Shown here piece by piece: positions 20,818 to 22,336 of a stretch of DNA of 22,336 nt. The stretch is taken from contig BAAFSQ010000165.1 in NCBI GenBank assembly GCA_054661495.1, positions 1 through 22,336 on the forward strand. Direction: 5' to 3'. The position numbers and the translations under genes are program-made. How positions within the stretch are numbered: the stretch's first letter is position 1; every line of letters begins with the position of its first letter. Source of the DNA: Zygophlyctis sp. KS116. Lineage: Eukaryota > Fungi > Chytridiomycota. The notes below the pieces were generated by a model. The model searched no databases, had not been told where the DNA came from, and worked only from the letters and a program-made list of their open reading frames with translations.

Positions 20818-21334
20818 ATGCAACAGCTGGAAAAAGAGGTTTTAGAATTATCTAAATTATCTATTGACTGGGAAATTAGAGCTCGTGGATTAGAATTATC
20901 TAAATCTGTCTCTGATTGGATTCAACAGAATTTAGATGATTCAAACTCTGTAAAAAAAGGACAAGAGTAATTCTAAATCTATAAATTCAAGATTATCAAG
21001 AAAAATATCTGCTATAATGTCAAGGCCAAATTTAAAAAAAAGAAATACTGCAGTATCAGACTCTAAAAAACTATCAAGTTCACTACGACAAGCGCTAGAA
21101 ATGATGAATCATGAGACTAATAAATCATTTATAGTCACACAATCATTAATATCATCAAATGAAATATTAGGAAAATCTGATCAAAATCTGTCTAGTTTTT
21201 CTAGTCTGATGGGATCTTCCTTTAAAATCATGAAAAATCTACAAAAAAAAGAATGGTTTGAAAGATTACTGATACTTTTTGGTCTTTTAATATTTTTCTC
21301 TAGTGTATTATACATTATTTCAAAAAGGTTTTAA
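20818..21334 (+). CDS. SEC20: Sec20/BNIP1-like ER SNARE, compact (about 163 aa)
   Basis: SNARE-like coiled coil (SKKLSSSLRQALEMMNHETNKS....L..S...L.......M.SS.KIMKNLQKKEWFER) and a C-terminal TM ending YIISKRF. A first exon from ATG 20818 joins via intron 20967-20991. Confidence 0.75.
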
Positions 21335-22052
21335 GACTCTAAATCACCAAATACATCCTGAAAGTGATTTTCAATATTACATTCCAACATTTCCAAATCA
21401 TGAATTATTGTAGAAATCCATTGTTTAACTCTAGATAAACTAGATCTACTGATATTCAATACTTCAGTACTAATACAACTTGCTCTTTTCTTGAATTCAA
21501 CAAGAGAAGATTCAATATTTGAATCAAAGAGTGGTAGAGTATTTCTAATACAAAATCCAAGGAGCCATTGAGGTGTTTCTGAATTATTTTGTTGATTTTC
21601 AGAATTGGTTATTGTAGTATTTCCTGTCAATATAGATTTTGAATTTTGAATAGAGTTTGTTAATTCCTGATACAATCCTCCTAATTCTCTATACATTGAA
21701 AATAACTCTATAGTCATTGTAATCAATGGATGAAGTATATTTCCTAGATTAGCGTGAACAGATTGCATATCTAGTAATTGTTTAGCATCCAAGTCTAATA
21801 ATAATTTTTCTAGTTTAACAGAAGATTCAAAAATCAAAATTGAGAAATCATCGGCTTTCTCTTTAATGAAAAAACATTCAACTTTTTTAGATTGGAAAAT
21901 TTCAGATAATTTAGCTAAATACATTATAGACTTCTTTTGATTTTTTATACTAGATTCCATACTGTCTGCACTCTTAAAAAAAAGATCTACATCCAGTATC
22001 TGATCATGCGTTGTAGATCTTTGCAAAACTTGCTTTTTTTGGAATTTTGCAT
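21331..22052 (-). CDS. Hypothetical helical protein; start uncertain (ATG 22052 with intron 21962-21990, or ATG 21960)
   Basis: A 231-codon stop-free frame in very AT-rich DNA; no family recognised. Confidence 0.6.
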
Positions 22053-22054
22053 GT

Positions 22055-22113
22055 AAATTTTACTGCTTTTAGCGTCGATCTTGAAAAATTTTACTGATTT
22101 TAACGTTGATCTT
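22055..22113. repeat. Imperfect tandem duplication, 28-nt unit with 31-nt period
   Basis: AAATTTTACTGCTTTTAGCGTCGATCTT (22055-22082) versus AAATTTTACTGATTTTAACGTTGATCTT (22086-22113), 3 mismatches. Confidence 0.85.
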
Positions 22114-22266
22114 TTAATTTTGTTCCGAGTAAGATCTGGTGGTTGTTTAATGGTGAGAACAAGACCTTGTATTTATGTTTATGATGCTATACTAAAGCAT
22201 TAGAATTATGCACTAAACTGTTATAAAAATTAAAAAAATTCTAAAAACTAAAAAAATTCTATTCAA

Positions 22267-22336
22267 TCAATGGATTGATATCTTCTTTGGCTGATTCTCC
22301 GCCTTTTTAGGAATATTCATTTCCAAGACTCCATTT
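22267..22336 (-). CDS. Small heat shock protein (Hsp20/alpha-crystallin) C-terminus, 5'-partial
   Basis: NGVLEMNIPKKAENQPKKISIH* matches the Hsp20 NGVL.I..PK motif and terminal IxI motif. Confidence 0.75.
   Translation of the reverse strand, partial: NGVLEMNIPKKAENQPKKISIH

Noticed and set aside
454-20991. Mini-introns as an Introner/transposon family
   Set aside because: They share no sequence similarity beyond splice sites and show no TIRs or consistent target-site duplications.
379-21334. Stop-codon reassignment, frameshifting or pseudogenisation as the cause of fragmented ORFs
   Set aside because: Every break is resolved by a GTA...AG intron. Spliced exons have no internal stops, and TAA, TAG and TGA all occur as true terminators.
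1-22336. CRISPR arrays, rRNA, transposases, prokaryotic defence systems
   Set aside because: None seen; the window is eukaryotic housekeeping DNA.

Overview
Eukaryotic, extremely gene-dense window, most likely from a zoosporic fungus (chytrid-like). This is inferred from a fungal Jsn1/Puf-type RRM+Pumilio gene next to the flagellar adenylate kinase AK8, a NEK6/7-like kinase and HDAC3/Hos2. The fragmented ORF track is explained by spliceosomal introns: by hand I modelled 38 coding-region introns in 12 genes, and all restore the frame and conserved motifs under the standard code. 37 of the 38 are only 24-31 nt, all start GTA, and 37 end TAG or AAG. Genes in order: secreted Cys-rich repeat protein (partial), VPS11, JSN1/PUF-like, small Snapin-like ORF, NEMF/RQC2, AK8, unknown protein, NEK6/7, NUP85, REX2, tRNA-Lys(CTT), myristoylated LRR protein, HOS2/HDAC3, AKTIP-like UEV, a hidden 43-aa membrane microprotein, glutaredoxin-like protein, MED31, SEC20, unknown protein, Hsp20 C-terminus. 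The main signals are: (1) a ciliate-like mini-intron system, in which the long 5'-UTR introns carry hairpins that could shrink them to mini-intron size; (2) operon-like packing, with two ATGA stop/start overlaps, in-frame 24-33 nt spacers and a shared TTAA stop; (3) a double-hairpin RNA element between MED31 and the glutaredoxin-like gene. All gene models are manual predictions without transcript support.
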